Positions 1-16,198 are shown, counted from the first letter of the stretch. The stretch is DNA of 64,000 nucleotides from the human T2T-CHM13v2.0 reference genome, Homo sapiens (GCF_009914755.1 NC_060926.1), one strand, 5' to 3'. Notes: generated from the sequence alone by a model not told the origin. A program made the numbers and translations.

Positions 1-84
1 CTCTTATTCCAAACCTTGAGTGCTTAACCGCCCCATTTTATTTTTTTCTTGGAATCTAAGTATTTTGTTTGAAAACTGTAACAT

Positions 85-280
85 GCTATATTCATATGGT
101 TATAGTTTCTAAACTAAATGTTTACATATTTGTATATAACATTGTATATAATTGTATATACTTATATATTATGATATACTCTATTATAGATTTATGTTGT
201 ATAATGTACATGAGAAATATTATATATAAAATATATATATATGTATTTTTACATATTTATATATATTGCATATACATGAT
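85..280. repeat. AT-rich (TA)n-like low-complexity tract
   Basis: Degenerate tatata/tatatt runs; explains the spurious Y/I-rich ORF 69..533. Confidence 0.75.
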
Positions 281-449
281 GCTGTTCCTGACTGACTTTA
301 TTACCTTCAAAACAACTCACCACTTCCACTCCACCCTCAATGAATATATGCATTCTATAGGTGACAGTTCTTTCCTTAAATTATCCAGTAAATATTATCA
401 GTTATGTCCTCCAAATGTATCCTTAATTCACTTTTCTTTCCATTCTTCC

Positions 450-800
450 GTCATTAATTTATTCAACATAAATCAGAATCAATTTACTGAATGTCTACTA
501 TATGCTCAACCCAGTTCTGGAACCCACAGGTAGTTATCTCTACCCTTAAGGAACTCAGTGTACTAGAAAAGAAAGATACTCAAGAGAGTACATTACCATC
601 CAGTGTGAAAAGGGCATCCATAGAAACCATATACAACACATTGGCAGCCATCAGGAGGGCATAAGAGTTATGGGAGCTTTCCAGGGGAGGCTGCATTGAA
701 GCTGAGTCTGGAAGGTGACAGGTGGGTAAAACTAAGTGGAAGCAGAAAAGACAAAGGAGGATTGCCAAGAAATGGAGGTCATACAGGGGCATGAAACAAG
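450..800 (-). mobile_element. L2 LINE fragment (approximate limits)
   Basis: attcaacataaat...aatttactgaatgtctactatatgc resembles the antisense L2 3' end, followed by purine-rich L2-like sequence. Confidence 0.5.
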
Positions 801-2449
801 CACTCGAACTCTTTCCAATTCATTCCTGAATTACCAAGCCAGTCACCAGCAGGTCTCAACGCTCCCCCATTATCCAAGCCCACCTGAACACTGCTGACAA
901 ATAGATCCTCCAAAAGCATAACTTTGATCATCCCACTTCCCTTCTCATTAATCTAATATCGCCATATATCATCAAAGTATGCCCACACTGCCACCTCTTG
1001 TTAGAGACCTCATGATGTGTTCCCACATATCCTTATCTTGACTGTTACTTACCAGTGCCCCTCAAAAACTGCTAATGAGTCTGCTCCTTGTTGACAGGAG
1101 GCACAACTTCTATTTGTCTTATTCCCCAGCCAAATTCTATCCAGGCTTAGGATCCAGCTCATGTGCCACCTGTTCTTGGCCCTTTTTTACCTGCTCCAGT
1201 TGCCAACACTGTTGGGCAGTTTCCATCACAGACTCAAAATTGTATCTACAGAACAAATTTAGCCCCAGTGAGTTCAACTTCCTCATCAATCCACAGTTAC
1301 TCAAGTTGTGATGCATTCCTTCCTTTACTCATTCAAGAAGTATTTGTGGGTCATCTTTTATATGGAATTCTTTTCAAACTAAATGTCCCATACCAAATTA
1401 ATTATCTTTCCCATTTTCTCCTTTCCCTTCCTCCTTTCTACCAGCATTCTCCAAACTTGTTTCCTCTTCCTGTATTCTATATAACACATCCCAAGCTGGA
1501 AAATTCAGAAGCATTCTTTACTTCCTCCTCTCACTTTACTCCCATATCCAATTGGTCACCCAGTTATGTTCATTCTTTCTCAGAAAATATACTTAAACTC
1601 ACTCTGTTCTGACCCTGTGAGCTTCATAACATCCCTGCTGAACTGTTGTAACAGTCACCTGATTGATCATCTCACCTCCATGCTCTCCACTGCTACCAGA
1701 AAGCATCTTCTTAAAACAGGATGCCAAACATTTATTGAGTGCCCACTAAATGCTAGGAAATATGTGGGGCATTAGAAGTCTAAATGTGACTAAACATGTC
1801 TTTGACTCTTATCAAAGCATGAGCATTTTGAAGATGAGCGCTTTGGTTAATTTCTCTCTATCCCTAGCACCTAGACAATTTCCCAGCATATTATCGTTGA
1901 TAGTCAATAATGGTTTGAAAATATGAATGAATGGAAAGTTCTAAGTGTGAGTGGTCTCTAAAGATAAATGAAATAACATTCCTGTCCTCAAGTAGGTAAA
2001 ATTAGCTGAGACGTTATAACACAGGAAGGTAGTTTGATAGATTTCATGAAAGCAGTTGCTGGGGAATCAGAATTCTCATTCATTTTGTTGGAGTAAAATA
2101 GCTAGGTAGAGGGTTGGGATCTAGTAGGTGCTTCCCTAAACTCATTCTCCAAAAGTGGTCCGTTTTCAAAAATGTTTAAGGAAATAAGTTGGTGGGATGA
2201 TTGTAAAAATTATTATGAAAGGATGATCATGTAAAAATACCAACACTACTTCAAGAGGGTAAGGGGTTGGCATGGAGGAGGGAGACCATAGGTTCTACTA
2301 GGTAAAGTGAAGAAAGAGTTAAAAAAAAATGTGGTAAGGACTATGGGGTGGAAGTTAGCTTCTGGCTGGTAGTCACACCCCTCATTTATTCCCAAATACA
2401 AATTGTTTAGGAAATGGCAAAAGTCACATTTCAGAAAATTTTCTACATA

Positions 2450-2496
2450 CAATATGGTAACCTGGATTAGATCCTGAGACAGAAAAAGGAAATTAA
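2450..2496 (+). mobile_element. Old L1M (L1MB/L1ME-like) 3'UTR, left part; target of the L1PA8A-like insertion
   Basis: ctggattagatcctgagacagaaaaagga continues seamlessly at 9754 as agaaaaaggacattagtggaaaaact. Confidence 0.6.
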
Positions 2497-3050
2497 GTGT
2501 AAGGAAGAGGTCCAGTTTCAGTTTTCTGCATATACAAAAAAATAACTCAAGATGGATTAAAGATTTAAATGTAAAACCCAAAACCATAAAAACCCTAGAA
2601 GAAAACCTAGGCAATACCATTCAGGACATAGGCATGAGTAAAGACTTCATGACAAAAATGCCAAAAGCAATTGCAACAAAAGCCAAAATTGACAAATGGT
2701 ACCTAATTAAATTAAAGAGCTTCTGCACAGCAAAAGAAACTATTATCAGAGTGAACAGGCAACCTACAGAATGGGAGGAAACCTTTGCAATCTACCCATC
2801 TGACAAAGGCCTAATATCCAGAATTTACAAGGAAATTAAACAAACTTACAAGAATAAAACAAACAACCCCATCCAAAAGTGGGTAAAGGATATGAGCAGA
2901 CACTTCTCAAAAGACGACATTTACGCAGCCAACAAACAAATATGAGAAAAAGCTCAACATCACTGATCATTAGAGAAATGCAAATTAAATCCACATTGAG
3001 ATACCATCTCATGCCAGTCAGAATGGTGATTATTAAAAAGTCAGGAAACA
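2497..3050 (+). mobile_element. L1PA8A-like LINE-1, 5'-truncated with short 5' inversion, left part
   Basis: ORF2 C-terminal homology (ORF 2634..2945 [21 protein letters not shown]); 2497-2533 is the reverse complement of the L1 sequence that normally precedes 2531; sequence resumes at 9098. Confidence 0.85.
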
Positions 3051-3960
3051 GGAATAGGAACAGCTCCGGTCTACAGCTCCCAGCGTGAGCGACGCAGAAG
3101 ACGCTCATTTCTGCATTTCTGCATTTCCATCTGATTTCTGCATCTCCATCTGAGGTACCGGGTTCATCTCACTAGGGAGTGCCAGAGAGTGGGCGCAGGT
3201 CAGTGGGTGCGCGCACCGTGCGCGAGCCGAAGCAGGGCGAGGCATTGCCTCACTTGGGAAGCGCAAGGGGTCAGGGAGTTCCCTTTCTGAGTCAAAGAAA
3301 GGGGTGACGGATGGCACCTGGAAAATTGGGTCACTCCCACCCGAATACTGCGCTTTTCCGACGGGCTTAAAAAAACGGCGCAGCACGACCTTATATCCCG
3401 CACCTGGCTCCGACGGTCCTACGCCCACGGAGTCTCGCTGATTGCTAGCACAGCAGTCTGAGATTAAACTGCAAGGCGGCAGCGAGGCTGGGGGAGGGGC
3501 GCCCGCCATTGCCCAGGCTTGATTAGGTAAACAAAGCAGCCGGGAAGCTCCAACTGGGTGGAGCCCACCACAGCTCAAGGAGGCCTGCCTGCCTCTGTAG
3601 GCTCCACCTCTGGGGGCAGGGCACAGACAAACAAAAAGACAGCAGTAACCTCTGCAGACTTAAATGTCCCTGTCTGACAGCTTTGAAGAGAGCAGTGGTT
3701 CTCCCAGCACGCAGCTGGAGATCTGAGAAGGGGCAGACTGCCTCCTCAAGTGGGTCCCTGACCCCTGACCCCCGAGCAGCCTAACTGGGAGGCAACCCCC
3801 AGCAGGGGCACACTGACACCTCACACAGCAGGGTACTCCAACAGACCTGCAGCTGAGGGTCCTCTCTGTTAGAAGGAAAACTAACACAAAGGACATCCAC
3901 ACCAAAAACCCATCTGTACAACACCATCATCAAAGACCAAAAGTAGATAAAACCACAAAG

Positions 3961-4977
3961 ATGGGGAAAAAACAGAACAGAAAAACTGGAAACTCTAAAA
4001 AGCAGAGTGCCTCTCCTCCTCCAAAGGAACGCAGTTCCTCACCAGCAACGGAACAAAGCTGGATGGAGAATGACTTTGATGAGTTGAGAGAAGAAGGCTT
4101 CAGACGATCAAATTACTCTGAGCTACGGGAGGACATTCAAACCAAAGGCAAAGAAGTTGAAAACTTTGAAAAAAATTTAGAAGAATGTATAACTAGAATA
4201 ACCAATACAGAGAAGTGCTTAAAGGAGCTGATGGAGCTGAAAACCAAGGCTCGAGAACTACGTGAAGAATGCAGAAGCCTCAGGAGCTGATGCGATCAAC
4301 TGGAAGTAAGGGTATCAGCGATGGAAGATGAAATGAATGAAATGAAGCGAGAAGGGAAGTTTAGAGAAAAAAGAATAAAAAGAAATGAGCAAAGCCTCCA
4401 AGAAATATGGGACCATGAGAAAAGACCAAATCTACGTCTGATTGGTGTACCTGAAAGTGATGGGGAGAATGGAACCAAGTTGGAAAACACTCTGCAGGAT
4501 ATTATCCAGGAGAACTTCCCCAATCTAGCAAGGCAGGCCAACGTTCAGATTCAGGAAATACAGAGAACGCCACAAAGATACTCCTCGAGAAGAGCAACTC
4601 CAAGACACATAATTGTCAGATTCACCAAAGTTGAAATGAAGGAAAAAATGTTAAGGGCAGCCAGAGAGAAAGGTCGGGTTACCCTCAAAGGGAAGCCCAT
4701 CAGACTAACAGCAGATCTCTTGGCAGAAACCCTGAAAGCCAGAAGAGAGTGGGGGCCAATATTCGACATTCTTAAAGAAAAGAATTTTCAACCCAGAATT
4801 TCATATCCAGCCAAACTAAGCTTCATAAGTGAAGGAGAAATAAAATCCTTTACAGACAAGCAAATGCTGAGAGATTTTGTCACCACCAGGCCTGCCCTAA
4901 AAGAGCTCCTGAAGGAAGTGCTAAACATGGAAAGGAACAACCGGTACCAGCCGCTGCAAAATCATGCAAAAATGTAA
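3961..4977 (+). pseudogene. L1 ORF1p, disrupted by one premature stop (CGA->TGA at 4288-4290)
   Basis: MGKKQNRKTGNSK...RSLRS* then same-frame MEDEMNEMK...REKG...YPAKLSF...NHAKM. Confidence 0.95.
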
Positions 4978-5025
4978 AGACCATCGAGACTAGGCAGAAA
5001 CTGCATCAACTAACGAGCAAAATAA

Positions 5026-8868
<3,843 letters not shown>

Positions 8869-9097
8869 ACAGTGAGATCACATGGACACCAGAAGGGGAA
8901 TATCACACTCTGGGGACTGTTGTGGGGTGGGGGGAGTGGGGAGGGATAGCATTGGGAGATATACCTAATGCTAGATGACAAGTTAGTGGGTGCAGCGCAC
9001 CAGCATGGCATATGTATACATATGTAACTAACCTGCACAATGTGCACATGTACCCTAAAACTTAAAGTATAATTAAAAAAAAAAAAGTCAGGAAACA

Positions 9098-9753
9098 ATA
9101 CACGCTGGCGAGGCTGTGGAGAAATAGGAACACTTTTACACTGTTGGTGGGAATGTAAATTAGTTCCACCATTGTAGAAGACAGAATGGCGATTCATCAA
9201 GAATCTAGAAGCAGAAATACCATTTGAATCCATAATCCCATTACTGGGTATATACCCAAAGGAATATAAATCATTCTACCATAAAGACATATGCACATGT
9301 ATGTTTATTGCAGCACTATTTACAATAGCAAAGTCATGGAACCAACCCAAATACCCATCAATAATAGACTGAATAAAGAAAATGTGGAACATATACACCA
9401 TGGAATATTATGTAGCCATAAAAAGGAATGAGGTCATGTCCTTTGCAGGGACACAGATCAAGCTGGAAGCTATCATCCTCAGCAAACTAACACAGGAACA
9501 GAAAACTGAACATCACATGTTCTCATTCATAAGTGGGAGTTGAACATTGAGAACTCATGGATACAGAGAGGGGTACAACACACACCAGGGTCTGTTGGGG
9601 GGTTGAGGGTGAAGGGAGGGAACTTAGAGGATGGGTCAATAGGTACAGCAAACCACCATGGCACACATATACCTATGTTACAAACCTGCACGTTCTGCAT
9701 GTGTATCCCTTTTTTTTTTAGGAGAAATAAAGAAAAAGAAGAAGAGAAAAAAA
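9098..9753 (+). mobile_element. L1PA8A-like LINE-1, right part with 3'UTR and A-rich tail
   Basis: Resumes ORF2 C-terminus after the TSD; 3' end gggagggaacttagaggatgggtcaatagg and tatcccttttttttttaggagaaataaa match my recollection of L1PA8A; TSD agaaaaagga(a/c)atta at 2481-2495 and 9754-9768. Confidence 0.85.
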
Positions 9754-9965
9754 AGAAAAAGGACATTAGTGGAAAAACTAGTGAAATCTGAATAAAGTCT
9801 AATTTAGTTAATAGTGATTCACTAACGTTAATGTCTTTATTTTGATAAATGTATAACGGCTACATAAGTTGTTAACGTTAGGGAAAACTGGGTAAAGGGC
9901 ACTGTTTTTGCAACTTTTTTGCAAGTCTAAAATTATTCCACATAAGAAGTGTATTAAAAATAAAT
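9754..9965 (+). mobile_element. Old L1M (L1MB/L1ME-like) 3'UTR, right part
   Basis: ggacattagtggaaaaactagtgaaatctgaataaagtct...gcaactttttt...ctaaaattattcca. Confidence 0.65.
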
Positions 9966-11157
9966 TCATTTCCATCCTCTTATTTCCGCAACATACTGTA
10001 CAAGCAAGACTCAGTCTGTGATTCAATCATCAGTGGTCAGACTATGACTCGAAGGGAAGGAAGTCAAATGCAGTTCATTTTAACATTGTCACTATCCCCT
10101 TATTCACTCAAGCCTGACCCAGCCCCTAGACTCTTTCCCCCTGCAAATCTCCTCTTATGCTCCTGACTACAAATCTGCTCTTGATCCCTTGAATTGTTAC
10201 TTAATAGCATATTAAGACTTGTCTTTGACAGCCTTTTCTCTGACCTTAGATCTTTGCCTCCTCAAAAAATACCTCCCACCTGAATAGCATGCTGTCCTGC
10301 CCTCCCACCCATCCCTCTTTATTATATTGCATTGTCTGGTTGTAATGTCTTCCCAGCATTTAGCTTCATGCAAAGGTATCTTGTTCAATCACAAGGTTTA
10401 CTTATACCTGTCGTCTCTTATCCAGGCTGTAATCTCCCTGGAAATGAGGACTTTTCCTGTCTTGTTTACTGCTGATCCCTGAGGCCTAAAACAGTACCTG
10501 GAATGGATAGATGGTATTTTTTTAAATTAATAAATGAATAAACTTCTTGACAGAAAAGTTTCTGTTATATGTTTCTGTATCCTCTCCAGCTCCTAGGACC
10601 ACTGCAATAATGACTTGTCATGAATTGTGGTGATGCTCTTTAAAATAATCTCTCACTCTTATGTCCATCAGTTCACTGAAGAAAACCTTTCTTAAGTACC
10701 AGCCATCTGCTTTCTACAATGTAGAAATACACAGAACCAGATGCTGGTCCAGGAAAGTCAGGTAATGTGAAGGAGGCAACATCATGCTTATTTACAATAA
10801 CATAGCACTTTTTAAGTTCCAATACACAACAGAGTGGTTAACCTTATAGAAAATAGCATTTGAAAGTTCCTAGAAAATCACTTCAAGAGTCCTAATGCAG
10901 TGATCCGAGAGGATGAGTCAGTTATTTCTGGCTCACAATTCTATGATGTTGGTGAAATAGATTGATTTCTTTTCCCAGTGAAGTGGGACGTTTTTAATTT
11001 GAATGACAAACTACACAAATCTGCGTTTTATTTTACAAACACTTGTCTCAGGTTTAAGGATCTCAAGTGAAAACTGAAAAACAAAACAGCATGAATAAGA
11101 CCTGTTCTATGTTAAACTTAATTATTTTTAGTCAGGAGGTAAAAGACAGAAACTCCT

Positions 11158-11467
11158 GGCCAGGTGCGGTGGCTCATGCCTGTAATCTCAGCACTTTAGG
11201 AGGCTGAGGCGGATGGATCACCTGAGGTCAGGAGTTCGAGACCAGCGTGAATAACATGGAGAAACCCTGTCTCTACTAAAAATGCAAAATTATCTGGGTA
11301 TAGTGGTGCATGCTTGTAATCCCAGCTACTTGGGAGGCTGAGGCAGGAGAATCACTTGAACCCAGAGGCGGAGGTTGCGGTAAGCCAAGTTCGCGCCATT
11401 GAACTCCAGCCTGGGCAACAAGAGCAAAACTCTGTCTCAAAACACACAAACAAACCAACAAAAAAAA
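11158..11467 (+). mobile_element. Alu, AluSp-like
   Basis: Full dimer; catggagaaaccc, gttgcggt and gcaacaagagc diagnostics; TSD aaaagacag(a/c)aactcc. Confidence 0.92.
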
Positions 11468-13380
11468 GACAGCAACTCCCTTCCTGCTTCTGCCTGCTGC
11501 TGGCTCAGTCCCTATGCATAATGAATATTGAATGACAGACTCCATCCCCAGACCCCTTCCCAAGGCTAGGATGTTGCTCCTGTGATGTGCTTCCTTTTCA
11601 CTGCATTCATCATAGTTTACCATAATCGTTTAATTTTCTGTCTTCCTTGTAAGCTCTGTAAGCTCCACCTAGGCGAGCCAGGTCTATCTTGTCCACCATT
11701 TTATACCCAGGATTTGGCACATGCCTACCACACACTCTTAGCACAAAAATGCTCAAAAAATAGTTGCATAATGACTATATTATGCGATTGTTTTATGGCG
11801 AATGACCATATTCTGAAGAGAGAGACCTCTGTGATGGAGAGCCCAAGCAAGAAGTTTTAAAGACTGAAACGCATTCTGAATAGATACTGGGATAGGCTCC
11901 AGCTGTGAGGAACAACAGGCTTTTCAGAAGCACGTGATTGTTACCTCATCCTCACAGGTAATTTTTGAGTAGCTAACCCAATGACATTGTTTTCTTTGCT
12001 AGAGTAACTGATGATGTGGCCTTGGAAATTCACTCTGTTAAAAATAACTCTCAACCCTAATTTTGAGAGTTGATTTGAAGTTATAATTTCTCATTCTTCT
12101 TCTAAAAATCCAGAAGAATTGGCATCAGTAGCTTTATCTATGTTTCTTAAAAGGTTATCAATCCCTAACGTTAAGCATTTCCATGCACCTGAAAGGATCG
12201 GCTTCTCTGATCTAAATGTCTTAAACACCTCGTAAATGTGGGTTTTTTTGGTTTTGAGGAAATGACTGCCAATCTTCACTACTAGCTAGAAAAAGTCACA
12301 CTCTAGAAAAAAGGGAGTACCTTTCCATTACTACTACCAAAACATAGCCCCACAAATTTAAGTTACAACATAAAAGAAATAACAAATTTTGAGCACTTTC
12401 TATATATACTTCAGTTGTATCTATTTCAAAGTCACAGACCCAAAACTCACACATGTAATCAGGTAAATATATATGTATGTACATAGAGCTATAGAAATAG
12501 ATACATATGTGTATATGCATATATATACTGATATATGCATAAATTTAAACTGGCATATATATTTACACTGAGATAAATGTTTGCGTGTGTGTGTGCGCTC
12601 TTACATTTCTGAATCATTCTTCAGCCTGCCTGATCATTAACAAATTAATCTAAGCACATTATTATTTGTTTGTCTTAGTTTTCCAGTCCAATCCAATGTG
12701 ATTTCGAAGTCAATTCCTTCACATTCTGTTTAAACTCCCTCCCAAGTTTTCTCCCTCTCTGTTCCTCACTATGATCAGGTCTAATCTCCAGGGTCTCATG
12801 TTCTGCCCCTCCAAGTAAACAAATTAATCCAGGTTTCATGGACTCTTCCAGTTGTTCAGCTCAAATTGATTACTGTTAAGGGGAATTTGAGGGCATTGGG
12901 CCAATTTTTAAAGACAAATATGAATTTTTATGGAAATCTCCAAGTATTTTAATGTTGATAACAATTTTTTTAAAAATTAAATACTATATGCATACCCCTG
13001 TCTTCCTCCCCATCCCAAAAAAGAGATGACTATTAGCTAGCCACATTGCAATTTCTGTCCTGGACTGCTGAAGGGTCCTTGGGTATACTTAAGGAATATA
13101 TAAACCTCTTTTTCAAACTGCAGTCAACCTATTATTAATGTAGTAAAGTTAATTTAAATTCATAGGAATCAGTATTTTTAGTAAGCTAAAAAGAATAATT
13201 TAGGATGGAATGAATGGAATTGAAGGAAAAAGAGTGAAAAGCAAGAATATTATTTTGAGAAATGTTATATTTATGTGTGTATGTGTACCAAGTGACACAG
13301 AAATTGTATTTCTGAGGAGAGTGGCCAAACAAGTTTGGAAATGCATATATATAATTTAGTTCTATTCAGTTTCCCAAATA

Positions 13381-13674
13381 CAGTTGTCCCTCAGTATCCA
13401 CAAGGGATTGAGTCCAGGACCCTCTATGGGTACCAATATCTTAGGATACTCAAAACCCTTATATACAATAGTGTAATATTTGCATTTATTTTACACACAA
13501 CATCCTGTATACTTTAAATCATTTCTAAATGACTTATAATACCTTATACAACCTAAATGCTATGAAAGTAGTTATCACACTGTATTATTTTTAATTGTTT
13601 TTTTTTTAATGTTTTCAATGGGGGAGTTGGTTGAATCCACAGACAGGGAATTCAGGTACAGGGAGGGCCAACTC
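13381..13674. mobile_element. MER2-like Tigger/TcMar DNA transposon
   Basis: TA-flanked termini cagttgtccctcagtatcc ... gggagggccaactc. Confidence 0.7.
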
Positions 13675-13799
13675 TAGTTCTGCACCCACAGAGGATAGGA
13701 ACATAAAAATGCGGACTCCCTAAGGCCTCCTTCCCCTCCACGTTCTTTCTTCAGTCTTCCTCTAGGGGGAGCTCAAGTTAGCTTTAGCACAGTGTGAAG

Positions 13800-14330
13800 C
13801 CAGTGCAGCGTCTCGCTTCCACTTCTCCAGGGGGCGCTGCAAAGATTTTGGTCGCCAAAGATATCACGGTGCGCGCGTCTGGAAGCATTTCCGCTCTGGA
13901 GCATTTTCGTTCCGCCGGGTGCCAGCGTTCCTGTGACGCGTTTCCTGTTGGCCGAGCTGCGCACGTGCGGCCGGAAGGGAAGTAACGTCAGCCTGAGAAC
14001 TGAGTAGCTGTACTGTGTGGCGCCTTATTCTAGGCACTTGTTGGGCAGAATGTCACACCTGCCGATGAAACTCCTGCGTAAGAAGATCGAGAAGCGGAAC
14101 CTCAAATTGCGGCAGCGGAACCTAAAGTTTCAGGGTGAGATGCGTTGACTCGCGGTGGCTCAGAAGACCCACGCGCGAGCCCTGGCGCGTTCGGGCGGCC
14201 GGGGGCCCAGCTGCTCTGTGTGACGGAGGCAGCTTCCCCTGCAGCGTGTGTGATTGGGGAGAGTGAAAAGGCAGCTTCCACTCGGGACCCGCGCTGCTGC
14301 CCACTCGTCGCGTGGCTCCAGCGCTGCTCC
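13800..14330. promoter_or_regulatory. DDX18: CpG island promoter of DDX18
   Basis: Dense CpG; E-box CACGTG 13962-13967; ETS CCGGAAG 13971-13977; CRE half-sites; spans exon 1. Confidence 0.9.
14050..14134 (+). CDS. DDX18: DDX18 coding exon 1 of 14 (ATP-dependent DEAD-box RNA helicase, Has1 orthologue)
   Basis: ATG 14050, MSHLPMKLLRKKIEKRNLKLRQRNLKFQG; donor gtgaga; the 14 exons splice in phase to 2013 nt = 670 aa + stop. Confidence 0.95.
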
Positions 14331-15077
14331 TGACCTTTCTGAGCAATCAGTGTCTTCTTACAACGTTAGAGCGGGAGGACTCCCCGTTCACTTCTAGGCT
14401 TACGACTAACCCTGCCTTTTGCATTTCCACCTTAGCTTTTGGTTCCCTCACCACCTGCAAGTCGCACCTCACCTCATCCCTCATTTCCGGTTATGCTGCA
14501 TGAAACGTCTCATTTCCACCCACTTTTCACATCTATTTAATTCCCGTATTTCTTTCCCCAAAAGCCCGTCTGGCTGTTTCCACAGAGCTTCTTTGATACT
14601 ATTGCCTTCCTCTACCCACTTCCACACGTTCTCGTAGCACTTTCTCACCAGAGCTTCTACGTATTTGTGTCCCGCACAGTGACCTAAATGAAAAGGATTT
14701 TATCTGAATGTCACCTTTCTTACCTACCTCATTTGCAGTCCCAGTGTCCTGACAGTGGGGCCACAGATCTTGAAGTAATTGTGTTAACCTGTTGTCCAGG
14801 TTAAGATACAAACTCCCCGAGGGAAAGTTTGGAGGCACAGTGCCTTGCCCCAGTTGGTTTTCAACAGACATTAATTGAAAAAAAATTCTGCAGGAGGCAA
14901 TAGGTTTGTGAATTTTAGGAATATGTTTTGAAATACTCTTGTATTTCTAATTCCTATAGAATAATACTACAGCATTACTACTTTTCAGCGCATATGTAAG
15001 TAAATTTGAACAAAAGATGGTGTTTTATCTTTTTCAGTAAACAAACAGGGAACCTTTGGTAAGGACATTCTCAGGTA

Positions 15078-16198
15078 CAGTCATGCATCGCATAACAGGA
15101 GGGGGGATACATTGTGAGAAATGTGTCATTAGGGGCTTTTGTCGTTTTGCGAACTTTATCTAGTTACACAAACCTAAATCTACTACACACCCAGGCTACA
15201 TGATATAGCCTGTTGCTCGTAAGCTGTCATCCTGTACAGCATGTTACTGTACTATACTCAGAGAATTGTAACACAATGGTAAGTGTATGTATGGCTAAAT
15301 ATATCTAAACATAGAAAAGGTACAGTAAAAAGACTATGACATGAGAGATTTAGAAAATGGTACCTCTGTATACAGTACTTACCATGAATGGAGTTTGCAG
15401 GACTGGAAGTTACCCTGAGCGAGTCAGTGAGCGGTGAGTGAATGTGAAGGCCTAGAACATTACTGTACACTATAGACTTTATAAACACTGTACACTTGGG
15501 CTACACTGTTGAGTTTTTTAATACTTTTATTCTTAAATTAACCTTAGCCTGCTGTAACTTTTACATTATAAACTTGTTAAATTTTAACCTTTTGACTTTA
15601 ATAACACTTAGCTTACAACACAAGCACATTGTACATACAGCTGTACAAAAAGTTTCCTTTTGTCCTTATTCTATGTGATTTTTATTTTATTTTTTTTTCT
15701 TTTTAAGCTTTTTGTTAAAAATGTAAAGACACAGACACATTCAGTTTCACTGTCTTCCGCTTCCACATCTTGTCCCACTGGAAGATCTTCAGGGGCAACA
15801 ATAGGCATGGAGCTGTCATCTCCTATGATAACAGTGCCTTCTAAAATACCTCTCTCCCTGAGGCTCTTTTACAGTCGACTCATTTTTTTTTAATAAGTAA
15901 AAGGAGTAAACTCTAAAATGATGATCAAAAGTATAGTAAACACATAAACAAGTAACATAGTTTATTATCACGTATTATGTATTGTACATAATTATGTGTG
16001 CTGTACTTTATACGACTGGCATTACAGTAGATTTGTTTACACTAGCATCACTACAAACATGAGTAATATGTTGCACTACGACATTGCAGTTACTGATGGC
16101 ACTAGGTGATAGGAATTTTTTAGCTCCGTTATAATCTTATGGAGCCACTATATATGTTGTCCTTAATTCACAGAAATGTCATTGTGCACGCATTACTG
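15078..16198 (-). mobile_element. Tigger3b-like DNA transposon in DDX18 intron 1
   Basis: TA-flanked imperfect TIRs cagtcatgcatcgcataac ... gtgcacgcattactg; internal tacacaaacctaaa / cctgtacagcatgttactgtact. Confidence 0.75.

Noticed and set aside
69-533. 154-aa ORF
   Set aside because: Translation of TA-rich low-complexity and L2-like sequence; non-ATG start, no domain
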